Translations under genes and position numbers: made by a program
Source: a virus
DNA: 42,180 nucleotides
IMG/VR virus record: IMGVR_UViG_3300045988_015372
Span: 1-42,180 of that record
Strand: one strand, 5' to 3'
Shown here: in pieces, positions 33,870-42,180 of the stretch
Numbering within the stretch: the stretch's first letter is position 1
Layout: each line of letters opens with the position of its first letter
Notes under the pieces: generated by a model
Database searches by the model: none
Seen by the model: only the letters and a program-made list of their open reading frames with translations
What the model was told of the DNA's origin: nothing

Positions 33870-35298
33870 CGTGATCTGGAAGCCGCAGCCGAAACAGGCG
33901 GTATTTATGGCACGGCCTGAATATGAGGCACTATATGGCGGAGCTGCCGGCGGCGGGAAGAGTGACGCGCTTGTGATCGAGGCGCTGCGTCAGGTGGATA
34001 TTCCGCACTACAAGGCTCTGATTCTCCGCAAGACCTACAACCAACTCTCGGAGCTGATTGACAAGACGCTGCGCTATTACCCGGCGGCATTCCGCGGCGC
34101 GAAGTACAACGCAACGTCACACACCTGGACATTCCCTTCCGGGGCGAAGATCATCTTCGGTTCGATGCAGTACACGAAGGACCGGACGAAGTATCAGGGG
34201 CAGGCGTATGACTTCATCGCATTTGACGAGCTGACGCACTTCACATACGACGAATATATGTATCTGTTCTCGCGAAACCGCCCGAATGGGCCGGGGACGC
34301 GGGTTTATATCCGCTCGACGGCGAACCCCGGAAACGTGGGGCATGCGTGGGTGAAGGAACGGTTTATCACGGCGGCACCGCCGATGACGCCGATCACGGA
34401 GGATACGACGTGGGCAGACCCGGACGGGACGCAGCACAGCGCGACGCAGACGCGGATCTTCGTTCCATCCAGCGTATTCGACAACCCGGCTCTGCTGGCG
34501 AACGACCCGAAGTATGTGCAAAGGCTGGCGTCGATGCCGGAAGCAGAGCGGAAGGCCCTGCTCTATGGGGATTGGGATTCGTTCTCCGGTCAGGTATTCG
34601 CGGAGTGGCGCAACGACCCGGCGCATTATCAGGACAGGCGGTTTACACATGTCATCGATCCGTTCCTTGTGCCGCAGGACTGGGCGATCTGGTGCGGCCT
34701 CGACTGGGGGTATTCCCGTCCCTTCTCAGTCGGCTGGTATGCGGTTGACCGGAACCGGCGGATGTACCGCATCCGGGAACTCTACGGCTGCACGGGGACG
34801 CCGAACGAGGGTGTGAAGTGGGAACCGGCACAGGTGGCGCGGGAGATCAAACGCATCGAGGCCGACGACCCGAATCTCCGAGGACGGACGATCCACCGCG
34901 TGGGAGACCCGGCGATCTGGGGCAGCGACGGCACGGAGAGCATTGGGGCCTTGATGGAGCGGGAGCGCGTGTACTTCGAGAAGGGCGACCACGCCCGAAT
35001 TGACGGCAAGATGCAGCTACATCACAGGCTTGCCTTTGATGATTCCGGTGTGCCGATGCTCTATATTTTCTCCACGTGCCGGAACTTTATCCGGACAGTC
35101 CCGGCGCTGGTCTACGACGAGACGGACGTGGAGGACGTCGACACAGCGGGAGAAGACCATATCTATGACGAATGTCGATACGTAGCGATGGAGAACCCGA
35201 TTGCACCGCCGGAACGGAAGCTGGTACAGGCGAAGCCTTACAATCCCCTCGACACGGACGACGCGCCGAGGTATGGACGATATGACTTTTACAGATAG
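33862..35298 (+). CDS. terL: Terminase large subunit
   Basis: Walker A YGGAAGGGKSD near the N-terminus, 478 aa. Overlaps the terS stop. Confidence 0.85.
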   Translation: MGNVIWKPQPKQAVFMARPEYEALYGGAAGGGKSDALVIEALRQVDIPHYKALILRKTYNQLSELIDKTLRYYPAAFRGAKYNATSHTWTFPSGAKIIFGSMQYTKDRTKYQGQAYDFIAFDELTHFTYDEYMYLFSRNRPNGPGTRVYIRSTANPGNVGHAWVKERFITAAPPMTPITEDTTWADPDGTQHSATQTRIFVPSSVFDNPALLANDPKYVQRLASMPEAERKALLYGDWDSFSGQVFAEWRNDPAHYQDRRFTHVIDPFLVPQDWAIWCGLDWGYSRPFSVGWYAVDRNRRMYRIRELYGCTGTPNEGVKWEPAQVAREIKRIEADDPNLRGRTIHRVGDPAIWGSDGTESIGALMERERVYFEKGDHARIDGKMQLHHRLAFDDSGVPMLYIFSTCRNFIRTVPALVYDETDVEDVDTAGEDHIYDECRYVAMENPIAPPERKLVQAKPYNPLDTDDAPRYGRYDFYR

Positions 35299-35307
35299 GA
35301 GGAACAC

Positions 35308-37281
35308 ATGGCAAGATTTGAGCAGTATGGGAGGCCGAACGGCCTGCCTGGCGTACAGGAGCAGGGCGGCATGGAGCCGCACGCGGCGCTGGAAGTCCTG
35401 AACCGGCCGGAGGGCGCACAGGTCATCGGGAAAAAGGAAATTCAGGAGGCGGCGCAGATCCTGACGCGCTATAAGGACGGAAAGGCCAACTTCGAGCGGC
35501 GCATCGTCGAGGACGAATTGTGGTGGGAGCTGCGGCACTGGGAGGTCGTGAGAAAGGCCAGAGACAAGGATCATCCAACACCGGACCCGTCATCTGCGTG
35601 GCTGTTCAACGCGATCTGCAACAAGCATGCAGACGCGATGGACAACTACCCGGAGCCGGTCGTGCTGCCGAGAGAGCAGAGCGACGAGGAAAGCGCGAAG
35701 ACGCTGAGCGAGGTTTTGCCGGTCATTCTCGAGTACAACGACTATGAGCAGACCTATTCTGACAACTGGTGGGAAAAGCTGAAGCACGGCACAGCGGCCT
35801 ACGGTGTGTTCTGGAACCCGGAGAAGGAAAACGGCGTCGGGGATGTGGACATTCGGCCTATTGATCTCCTGAAGATCTTCTGGGAGCCGGGCGTGACGGA
35901 CATTCAGGATTCGAAGAACCTGTTCGTCGTGGAGCTGGTGGACGAAGAGACGCTGGATGCACAGTATCCGGAGTATGCCGGGAAGATGCGCGGAAACGCC
36001 ATCGACGTGAAACAGTACATTTACGACGATACGGTCGACACGTCGGAGAAATCCGTGGTTGTGGACTGGTATTACAAGGTCAAGACGCCGGGCGGCGCGA
36101 CGGCGCTGCACTATGCCAAGTTCGTTGGGGATGTTCTGCTCTACGCAAGCCAGAACGATCCGGAGTACGCGCAGACGGGATTCTATTCTGATGGACAGTA
36201 TCCGGTCGTGCTGGATGTGCTCTACCCCGAGAAGGGCACTCCGGCGGGGTTCGGCTACGTTTCGATCTGCAAAGACCCGCAGATCTATATCGATTCTCTG
36301 AGCGGGAACATCTTGGAGAACGCGATGATGACCACGAAGAAGCGGTTCTTCGTCTCGTCGTCCACGAATGTCAACGAAGACGAGCTGATGGACTGGAAGA
36401 AGCCGGTTGTGCGCGTGGAAGGGACGCTGGACGACAAGCGGATTCAGGAGATCCAGCTGACGCCGATGAGCAGCATTTATTACAACGTCCTGCAAATGAA
36501 GATCGAAGAGATGAAGGAGACGGCCTCGAACCGCGACGTCTCGAACGGATCGACCGGCTCCGGCGTGACGGCGGCTGCGGCCATTGCAGCGCTTCAGGAG
36601 GCGGGCAACAAGGCGTCGAGAGATATGATCTCCGCGTCGTATCGCACGCATGTGAAGATCGCGAAGATGGTGATCGAGCGCATCCGGCAGTTCTACGACG
36701 AGGCGCGGGCCTTCCGCGTGACGGCGCCGAACGAGCAGGGATATGACTTCACGACGCTCTCCAACGCCGGTCTGCGGGATCAGGCAATCGGCATTGACCA
36801 TGCGACGCAGGAGGTGCTTTACCGGAAGCCGGTGTTCGACCTCAAGATCAAGGCGCAGAAGAAGAACCCGTTCTCCCGGATGGAGCAGAACGAGCGGGCG
36901 AAGGAGTTGTATGCGGCGGGATTCTTCAATCCGGAACAGGCCCAGCCCGCATTGATCGCGCTGGAGATGATGGAATTCGAGGGCATCGACAAGATCAAGG
37001 AACAGGTCGCGCAGGGGCAGACGCTTTTGAACATCATAAACCAGATGACGGCGCAGATGGAACAGTTGGCTGCGATGGTGGCGATAACGACCGGCGGCAA
37101 TCCTTCGACGGTGCAGCCGCCCGGCAGCACGTCCGCGCCGAAGCAGAGCGTGGGCGGCAGCGGGATCGCCGACGCGGTGACAAAGGCGCAGACGCCGATG
37201 ACAGACTATGGGACGCGGCTGGCACAGCGGAGCAAGCCTGACATGGATTCCGGCAGCGATGCGGCGGCGGTGACGAGATGA
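35308..37281 (+). CDS. Portal protein
   Basis: 657-aa ORF immediately after TerL, RBS AGGAGG. Call is based on position and size. Confidence 0.65.
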   Translation: MARFEQYGRPNGLPGVQEQGGMEPHAALEVLNRPEGAQVIGKKEIQEAAQILTRYKDGKANFERRIVEDELWWELRHWEVVRKARDKDHPTPDPSSAWLFNAICNKHADAMDNYPEPVVLPREQSDEESAKTLSEVLPVILEYNDYEQTYSDNWWEKLKHGTAAYGVFWNPEKENGVGDVDIRPIDLLKIFWEPGVTDIQDSKNLFVVELVDEETLDAQYPEYAGKMRGNAIDVKQYIYDDTVDTSEKSVVVDWYYKVKTPGGATALHYAKFVGDVLLYASQNDPEYAQTGFYSDGQYPVVLDVLYPEKGTPAGFGYVSICKDPQIYIDSLSGNILENAMMTTKKRFFVSSSTNVNEDELMDWKKPVVRVEGTLDDKRIQEIQLTPMSSIYYNVLQMKIEEMKETASNRDVSNGSTGSGVTAAAAIAALQEAGNKASRDMISASYRTHVKIAKMVIERIRQFYDEARAFRVTAPNEQGYDFTTLSNAGLRDQAIGIDHATQEVLYRKPVFDLKIKAQKKNPFSRMEQNERAKELYAAGFFNPEQAQPALIALEMMEFEGIDKIKEQVAQGQTLLNIINQMTAQMEQLAAMVAITTGGNPSTVQPPGSTSAPKQSVGGSGIADAVTKAQTPMTDYGTRLAQRSKPDMDSGSDAAAVTR

Positions 37282-37568
37282 CGAGGGTCTATCTGGAACG
37301 GGATGGGAACCTCTACACGCTGTCGGCACAGGGGCACGCGACCGGGAGCGTGGAGATCTGTGCGGCGGTATCGGCACTGATCCAGACGCTTCGGTGCTAT
37401 CTTATGGGCAGAGAGGCAATGATCTACGACCGCATGACGGACGGCGCGGCATTTTTGACGTTCCGGATCGACGATCCGGCCCCGTTTGACATGGTGTGCT
37501 GCGGCCTCCAGTGTTTGGAGAAGACCGCACCCGATAAAATTTCCGTAGAAATTCAGGAAATATCCTGA
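37278..37568 (+). CDS. prp: Prp-like cysteine protease (capsid/scaffold N-terminal processing)
   Basis: 96-aa product with GHATGSVEICAAVSAL (His...Cys dyad of the Prp/DUF464 family). Sits between portal and scaffold as in S. aureus phage 80alpha. Confidence 0.65.
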   Translation: MTRVYLERDGNLYTLSAQGHATGSVEICAAVSALIQTLRCYLMGREAMIYDRMTDGAAFLTFRIDDPAPFDMVCCGLQCLEKTAPDKISVEIQEIS

Positions 37569-37605
37569 TTTACGGGGTGAAAACCCCTTGCAAATCCATC
37601 ATACT
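37569..37605 (+). promoter_or_regulatory. Late-operon promoter-like element C: TTTACGGGGTGAA-N18-CATACT, upstream of scaffold/MCP
   Basis: Exact 13-mer at 37569-37581, 18-nt spacer, CATACT at 37600-37605. Confidence 0.5.
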
Positions 37606-37743
37606 GATACTGTCCTCCTGATCGTGCTCCGTGGCGGACTATGTTTCTACGATCTCCACAAATCGAACACGGGCGGTCTTCCACGGAGCATTGCAGGAGG
37701 AACACGGCACACGGGGCCGTATACCCGCGATTGGAGGTACACT

Positions 37744-38682
37744 ATGAATACTTTTTCTTTCTGGCTGCATCAGTTTGAGGGCGGGGACGGCGGAGCCGCA
37801 GCGCCCGCAGCCGGGACGATGGGCGATTCCCAAAGCGCAGCTCCCGTGAACACCCAGCGGGGCAAATCGGGCGAAAACGTGCTCTACGGCAAGCAGGCCG
37901 TGACTGACACGCAGGATGCGCCTTCCGACGCCGGGAAGGCAGAGACGGACGTCAAGGTGACGTCAAACACGCTGGAGGAGAAACGCAAGGCGTATCGATC
38001 TATGGTCTCCGGGGAATACAAGGACGTATACACCGAGGACACCCAGCGCATCATCAACCGAAGATTCTCTGACATGAAAGCCTTGCAGACGCAGCTGGAC
38101 GATGCGAAGCCGGTTTTGGACGCGCTCCGGGAACGCTACGGCGTGGAGGACGCGAAAGACCTTCTCAAAGCCATTGACAGCGACCATGCGTACTGGGCGG
38201 AAGCCGCCGACGAAGCGGGCATGAGCGAACAGCAGTACCGCGAGTTCGTCCGGATGCGCCGCGAGAACGAGGCGTTCCGCCGGGCGGCAGAAGAACAGGA
38301 AGGGCAGAAGCAGGTACAGGCGCAGGTACAGCAGTGGATGCAGGACGCGGAAGTGCTTCAGCAGAAGTTCCCGCAATTTGACCTGTCTGTGGAGATGGAG
38401 AATCCGACGTTCATGTCGATGCTCAAGGCCGGGACGCCGGTGGAGCATGCGTACAAGGTGATGCACTTCGACGAGATCATGTCCGGCGCGATGCAGCAGG
38501 CCAGCATACGGACGGAAAAGAATGTGACGGATAACATTCGCGCCCGTGGAAACCGGCCTGTGGAGAACGGAACGGCGCGGCAGAGCGCATTTACCATCAA
38601 GGACGATGTTTCCAAGCTGACCAAGAAGGATCGCGCGGAGATCGCCCGCAGAGCTGCGAGAGGGGACATTATCACATTCTGA
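37744..38682 (+). CDS. Scaffold protein (acidic, helical)
   Basis: RBS GGAGGT precedes ATG 37744. The ORF track start at 37588 lies upstream of the promoter element and was rejected. Lies immediately upstream of MCP. Confidence 0.55.
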   Translation: MNTFSFWLHQFEGGDGGAAAPAAGTMGDSQSAAPVNTQRGKSGENVLYGKQAVTDTQDAPSDAGKAETDVKVTSNTLEEKRKAYRSMVSGEYKDVYTEDTQRIINRRFSDMKALQTQLDDAKPVLDALRERYGVEDAKDLLKAIDSDHAYWAEAADEAGMSEQQYREFVRMRRENEAFRRAAEEQEGQKQVQAQVQQWMQDAEVLQQKFPQFDLSVEMENPTFMSMLKAGTPVEHAYKVMHFDEIMSGAMQQASIRTEKNVTDNIRARGNRPVENGTARQSAFTIKDDVSKLTKKDRAEIARRAARGDIITF

Positions 38683-38705
38683 CCCTTTCGCGAGAAAGGA
38701 GAATT

Positions 38706-39944
38706 ATGAAAAATCTTTATGAACTCGTTGCCTTTGACCTGAGAATGTTCGACGGCAACACGAACGTCACGACGGACGTCGGTCTGAGTGACGAAATGAA
38801 AACATACTATTCGGACTATCTGATCGACCTGACGGAGCCGAAGCTGGTACACGATCAGTTCGGCCAGAAGCACCCAATCCCGAAGAACGGCGGCAAGACC
38901 ATCGAATTCCGCAAGTATGACCCGCTGCCCAAAGCGCTCACGCCGCTCAAGGAAGGTGTGACCCCGGATGGCCGGAAGCTCACGATGTCTGTTCTGACCG
39001 CGAAGGTGGAGCAGTACGGAGACTATGTCGAGCTGTCTGACATCCTGCTGCTGACCGCGATCGACAACAACCTCGTCCAGGCGACGAAGCTGCTCGCCTC
39101 TCAGGCTGGCCGGACGCTGGACACCATCACCCGCGAAGTGCTCGCCGGTGGCACGAACGTCCTCTACTCCGGCGGCAAGAAAGACCGCTCGGAGCTGACC
39201 GGCGGCAGCGCGACGGAAAGCGAGAACTGCTACCTGACGATTGACGACGTGCGCAAGGCCGTCCGCTATCTGAAGGTGCAGAACGCGGAGCGCATCAACG
39301 GCAACTTCGTCGGCATCATCCATCCGGACGTGTCCTATGACTTCATGAATGACCCGAAATGGGTGAACGTGAAGACCTACTCCGACCCGGAGGGCATCTA
39401 TGAGGGCGAGATCGGCAAGATCGAGGGCGTCCGCTTTGTAGAGAGCACCGAGGCGAAGATCTTTGCCGGTGAAGACCTTGCGTCTGACAGCCGGACGCTG
39501 CTGGTGAATGGTGCGATCTCTTCGGCGACGAAGGAAGTCACCTTCAACGGCGGCACGGTCGCCGCGAACGCGCTTGCTGGCCGCATGATCCTGATCGGCG
39601 ACACGCTGTGCGAGGTCGTATCCAACACGGCCACGAAGATCACGCTGAAGGAGAACATCTCCAGCGCGGCGGACAACGCCGTGATCTCGCCGGGCGAGGG
39701 CGGCAAGGGCGGCAGAAGCGTCTATTCCACGCTGATCCTCGGGGACAACGCCTACGGCGTGACGGAGCTGACCGGCGGCGGTCTCCAGCATATTGTGAAG
39801 CAGCTCGGCTCTTCCGGTACGGCTGACCCGCTGAACCAGCGCGCGACTGCTGGCTGGAAGGCGACGAAGACGGCGGAGCGCCTTGTCGAGCAGTACATGA
39901 TCCGCATTGAATCTGCCTCGACCTTTGAATCCGCAGCAAACTGA
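38706..39944 (+). CDS. Major capsid protein
   Basis: RBS AAAGGAGAA. 412-aa product after the scaffold gene, with a strong GC hairpin just downstream. Confidence 0.65.
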   Translation: MKNLYELVAFDLRMFDGNTNVTTDVGLSDEMKTYYSDYLIDLTEPKLVHDQFGQKHPIPKNGGKTIEFRKYDPLPKALTPLKEGVTPDGRKLTMSVLTAKVEQYGDYVELSDILLLTAIDNNLVQATKLLASQAGRTLDTITREVLAGGTNVLYSGGKKDRSELTGGSATESENCYLTIDDVRKAVRYLKVQNAERINGNFVGIIHPDVSYDFMNDPKWVNVKTYSDPEGIYEGEIGKIEGVRFVESTEAKIFAGEDLASDSRTLLVNGAISSATKEVTFNGGTVAANALAGRMILIGDTLCEVVSNTATKITLKENISSAADNAVISPGEGGKGGRSVYSTLILGDNAYGVTELTGGGLQHIVKQLGSSGTADPLNQRATAGWKATKTAERLVEQYMIRIESASTFESAAN

Positions 39945-39948
39945 GACC

Positions 39949-39972
39949 ATGCCCGCCCCTTCGGGGGCGGGT
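39949..39972 (+). terminator. GC-rich stem-loop gcccgcccc-ttcg-ggggcgggt after MCP (partial terminator or RNA stabiliser)
   Basis: Perfect 9-bp stem with no T-run. Confidence 0.45.
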
Positions 39973-39989
39973 AACAGACAAGGAGGAAC

Positions 39990-40244
39990 ATGATGGCAAA
40001 CAAACCGCAGGACATGAATGAGCTTGTCCCCTTCTTCGCGTTCCGGGACAACGACAAATACAAGGACGACATTTTCGTCGGCTGGAACGGCAAGGGTTAT
40101 CAGATCCAGCGCGGCAAACAGGTGATGATCCCGCGCGGCGTCTACAACATCCTGATTCGCTCGATGCGGCAGGACGAACGGACGGCGGAACTGATGGCAA
40201 GTCAGGCGCGGCAGTATGCCGAGAAATCCGGCGCACTTCATTAA
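39990..40244 (+). CDS. Small hypothetical head-associated protein (84 aa)
   Basis: RBS AAGGAGG precedes ATG 39990. Confidence 0.5.
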   Translation: MMANKPQDMNELVPFFAFRDNDKYKDDIFVGWNGKGYQIQRGKQVMIPRGVYNILIRSMRQDERTAELMASQARQYAEKSGALH

Positions 40245-40280
40245 TATCGTCCGCGAAACCACCACGAATGGCACTACGAC

Positions 40281-40319
40281 ACGGCGTAGGGAGTATTTAG
40301 GCTCTCTGCGCCGTTTTTC
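40281..40319 (+). terminator. Terminator-like hairpin (acggcg...cgccgt) with TTTTT
   Basis: 6-bp stem closing a 22-nt loop, followed by ttttt at 40315-40319. Confidence 0.35.
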
Positions 40320-40337
40320 TGCAAAGGAGGGAAGAAA

Positions 40338-42180
40338 TTGACCGTACAGAGCGCAATTACAATGGCGCGGAACCTGAAACAGGTGGACGAGACACACTAT
40401 CCGGACTCGATGCTGCTGCAATTCCTCAACGAAGTGGAGGGCAAGGTACAGACCGAAGTATTGATGATCGCCCCGGAGGACACGGTGCGCTACGGCGCGG
40501 ATGATCTGACGAGCGAGATGATCGTCACGGCGCCGCACGACAAGCTCTATTACGTCTATCTGATGGCGATGATCGATTTCGTCAACGGAGAATATGACCG
40601 GTATACCAATTCGATGAACCTCGCGAACGCCCATATCACGGAATGGGCGGCATGGTACAACCGGACGCACCGCAGAGGAAAGCCGGAAGAGCTGGGGATC
40701 TACTTCTCGGCGTATGGGATCGCCGTGAAGCATGGCTACATCGGCACGGAGGAAGAATGGCTCGCGTCGCTGAAGGGCGATCCGGGCGAGCCGGTCGTCA
40801 TCCGGTTCGACCAGACTTCCGGGCAGCTCCAGTGGAAGTATCAGAACGAGAGCACATGGCATGACGTTCTCTCGCTGGAAGAGCTGCAAGGGGCGCTAGT
40901 GTCCTCGACGATCGCACAGGCACAGGAGGCCAAAGACGCGGCGGAGGCGGCGCAGGCGGCTGCGGAGGCCGCAAGCAGCGCGTCGCAGGAAGCGTCGGAA
41001 CACATGGCCTATATCGGAGAGAACGGAAACTGGTATCAGTGGAGCGCCGGGGAAGGGAAAATGGTCGATTCCGGTGTCAAGGCGCAAGGCCCCATCGGCC
41101 AGACCGGCCCGCAAGGCGAGACAGGCCCACAGGGCGTTCAGGGTATTCAGGGCAAGCAAGGAGAAAAGGGCGAAACTGGCGCGACCGGTGCGACCGGCCC
41201 GCAGGGCATCACGCCCACCATCGGGGAGAATGAGAACTGGTATCTCGGAAATGTTGACACCGGGAAGCCATCCCGAGGCCGTCAAGGCGAGAAAGGCGAG
41301 AAAGGCGAGAAAGGCGAGACCGGGGCAAAGGGCGAAACTGGCGCAACGGGAGCGACAGGCCCACAGGGCGAACAGGGGCCGAGAGGGCCGCAAGGTTTGC
41401 AGGGCGTTCAGGGCGAACCCGGAAAGGGATTGACCATCTCGGGCTACTACGCGACGGCGCAGGCTCTGGCCGCTGCGGTGACGAATCCAACGTCTGGTGA
41501 CGCTTACGGCGTGGGCACGGCGGAGCCGTATGACATTTACATCTACGACGGCGTGACCCATGCGTGGGTGAACAACGGCCCACTGCAAGGCGCGAAGGGA
41601 GACACCGGCGTCGGCGTGGCGGATGTGACGTTTGACGACGATGTTATGACCGTCAATTTGACGTCCGGCGCGCACTACTCCTCCGGCAGCCTGCGAGGGC
41701 CACAGGGCGTGAAAGGTGACGCTGGTGCGAAAGGTGAAAAGGGAGACCCCGGTGCACAGGGCGAAAAAGGCGCAACCGGCGCAGCCGGTGCACCCGGCGC
41801 GGATGGAATTACCCCGACGATTGGAGCGAACGGCAACTGGTTCTTGGGCAGCACTGATACTGGGAAACCCTCCCGAGGGGTGAAGGGCGAACAGGGCGCA
41901 CAGGGGCCGCAGGGCAAACCCGGCGCACAGGGCGAAAAAGGAGACACCGGGGAAAAGGGCGAGCCGGGTGCGGCTGGCGCGCCCGGTGCGGACGGCATTA
42001 CCCCGACGATTGGTACAAATGGAAATTGGTTCTTGGGCAGCACCGACACCGGAAAACCATCTCGCGGCGAAAAGGGCGAACAGGGCGAGACGGGGCCGAG
42101 AGGGCCGCAGGGCGCGCAGGGTGTGAAGGGCGACACCGGCGCGCAAGGTCCGACAGGTGCGCAGGGACCCACCGGGCCGA
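40338..42180 (+). CDS. Collagen-like fiber protein, N-terminal and collagenous part; ORF still open at the window end and continues in frame at 1..1144
   Basis: Stop TAG at 40287, then RBS AAGGAGGG and TTG 40338 (ATG 40362 as alternative). The N-terminal globular domain is followed by Gly-X-Y triplets interrupted three times by ITPTIGxNGNW[YF]LGxxDTGKPSRG. Confidence 0.75.
   Translation, partial: MTVQSAITMARNLKQVDETHYPDSMLLQFLNEVEGKVQTEVLMIAPEDTVRYGADDLTSEMIVTAPHDKLYYVYLMAMIDFVNGEYDRYTNSMNLANAHITEWAAWYNRTHRRGKPEELGIYFSAYGIAVKHGYIGTEEEWLASLKGDPGEPVVIRFDQTSGQLQWKYQNESTWHDVLSLEELQGALVSSTIAQAQEAKDAAEAAQAAAEAASSASQEASEHMAYIGENGNWYQWSAGEGKMVDSGVKAQGPIGQTGPQGETGPQGVQGIQGKQGEKGETGATGATGPQGITPTIGENENWYLGNVDTGKPSRGRQGEKGEKGEKGETGAKGETGATGATGPQGEQGPRGPQGLQGVQGEPGKGLTISGYYATAQALAAAVTNPTSGDAYGVGTAEPYDIYIYDGVTHAWVNNGPLQGAKGDTGVGVADVTFDDDVMTVNLTSGAHYSSGSLRGPQGVKGDAGAKGEKGDPGAQGEKGATGAAGAPGADGITPTIGANGNWFLGSTDTGKPSRGVKGEQGAQGPQGKPGAQGEKGDTGEKGEPGAAGAPGADGITPTIGTNGNWFLGSTDTGKPSRGEKGEQGETGPRGPQGAQGVKGDTGAQGPTGAQGPTGP
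42101..42180. repeat. Terminal direct repeat, copy of 1..80
   Basis: Exact 80-bp identity with the window start. Confidence 0.9.

Noticed and set aside
1144-40338. A diversity-generating retroelement targeting the fiber, suggested by the repeated C-terminal modules
   Set aside because: There is no reverse transcriptase gene or template-repeat/variable-repeat pair with adenine-specific differences. The two YYAT...VNNG modules differ at many non-A positions.

Overview
The window looks like a complete, circularly permuted temperate phage genome of about 42.1 kb (bases 1-80 are identical to 42101-42180). It is high-GC and Firmicutes/Clostridia-like. Reading clockwise on the + strand: a collagen-like fiber gene spans the window junction (40338..42180 + 1..1144). 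It is followed by an XhlA-like membrane protein, a 60-bp tandem-repeat structural protein and two unknown virion proteins. Next comes a 12.5-kb ORF (5348..17818) encoding a giant polyvalent protein with a TMP-like Gly-rich segment, a PBECR-like nuclease, a DarB-like N6-adenine MTase, an SNF2 helicase, an HExxH zincin and an EF-hand loop. An alternative-frame ORF (8964..9377) is nested in its linker. Downstream is a holin/amidase lysis cassette carrying a sigma-70 region-4-like mini-protein, then a terminator-bracketed cluster of small unknown genes. After that come attP (tRNA 3'-end-like core plus arm repeats), a tyrosine integrase and an AT-rich lysogeny operon on the minus strand: cI-like repressor, an Excalibur-like transmembrane protein and a membrane-anchored HTH protein. 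The early/replication module follows on the + strand: a cI/Cro-type switch, small proteins, an 18-bp tandem-repeat protein, Rad52-like SSAP, SSB, replisome organizer with an embedded ori, RusA, two HNH endonucleases and a truncated C5-MTase. The packaging/head module closes the circle: TerS, TerL, portal, Prp protease, scaffold and MCP. Three late operons (lysis, packaging, head) are each preceded by the same bipartite motif TTTACGGGGTGAA-N18-YATRCT. No tail tube, sheath or conventional tape-measure genes are recognisable. Every long minus-strand ORF that overlaps + strand genes is judged a GC-rich antisense artefact.
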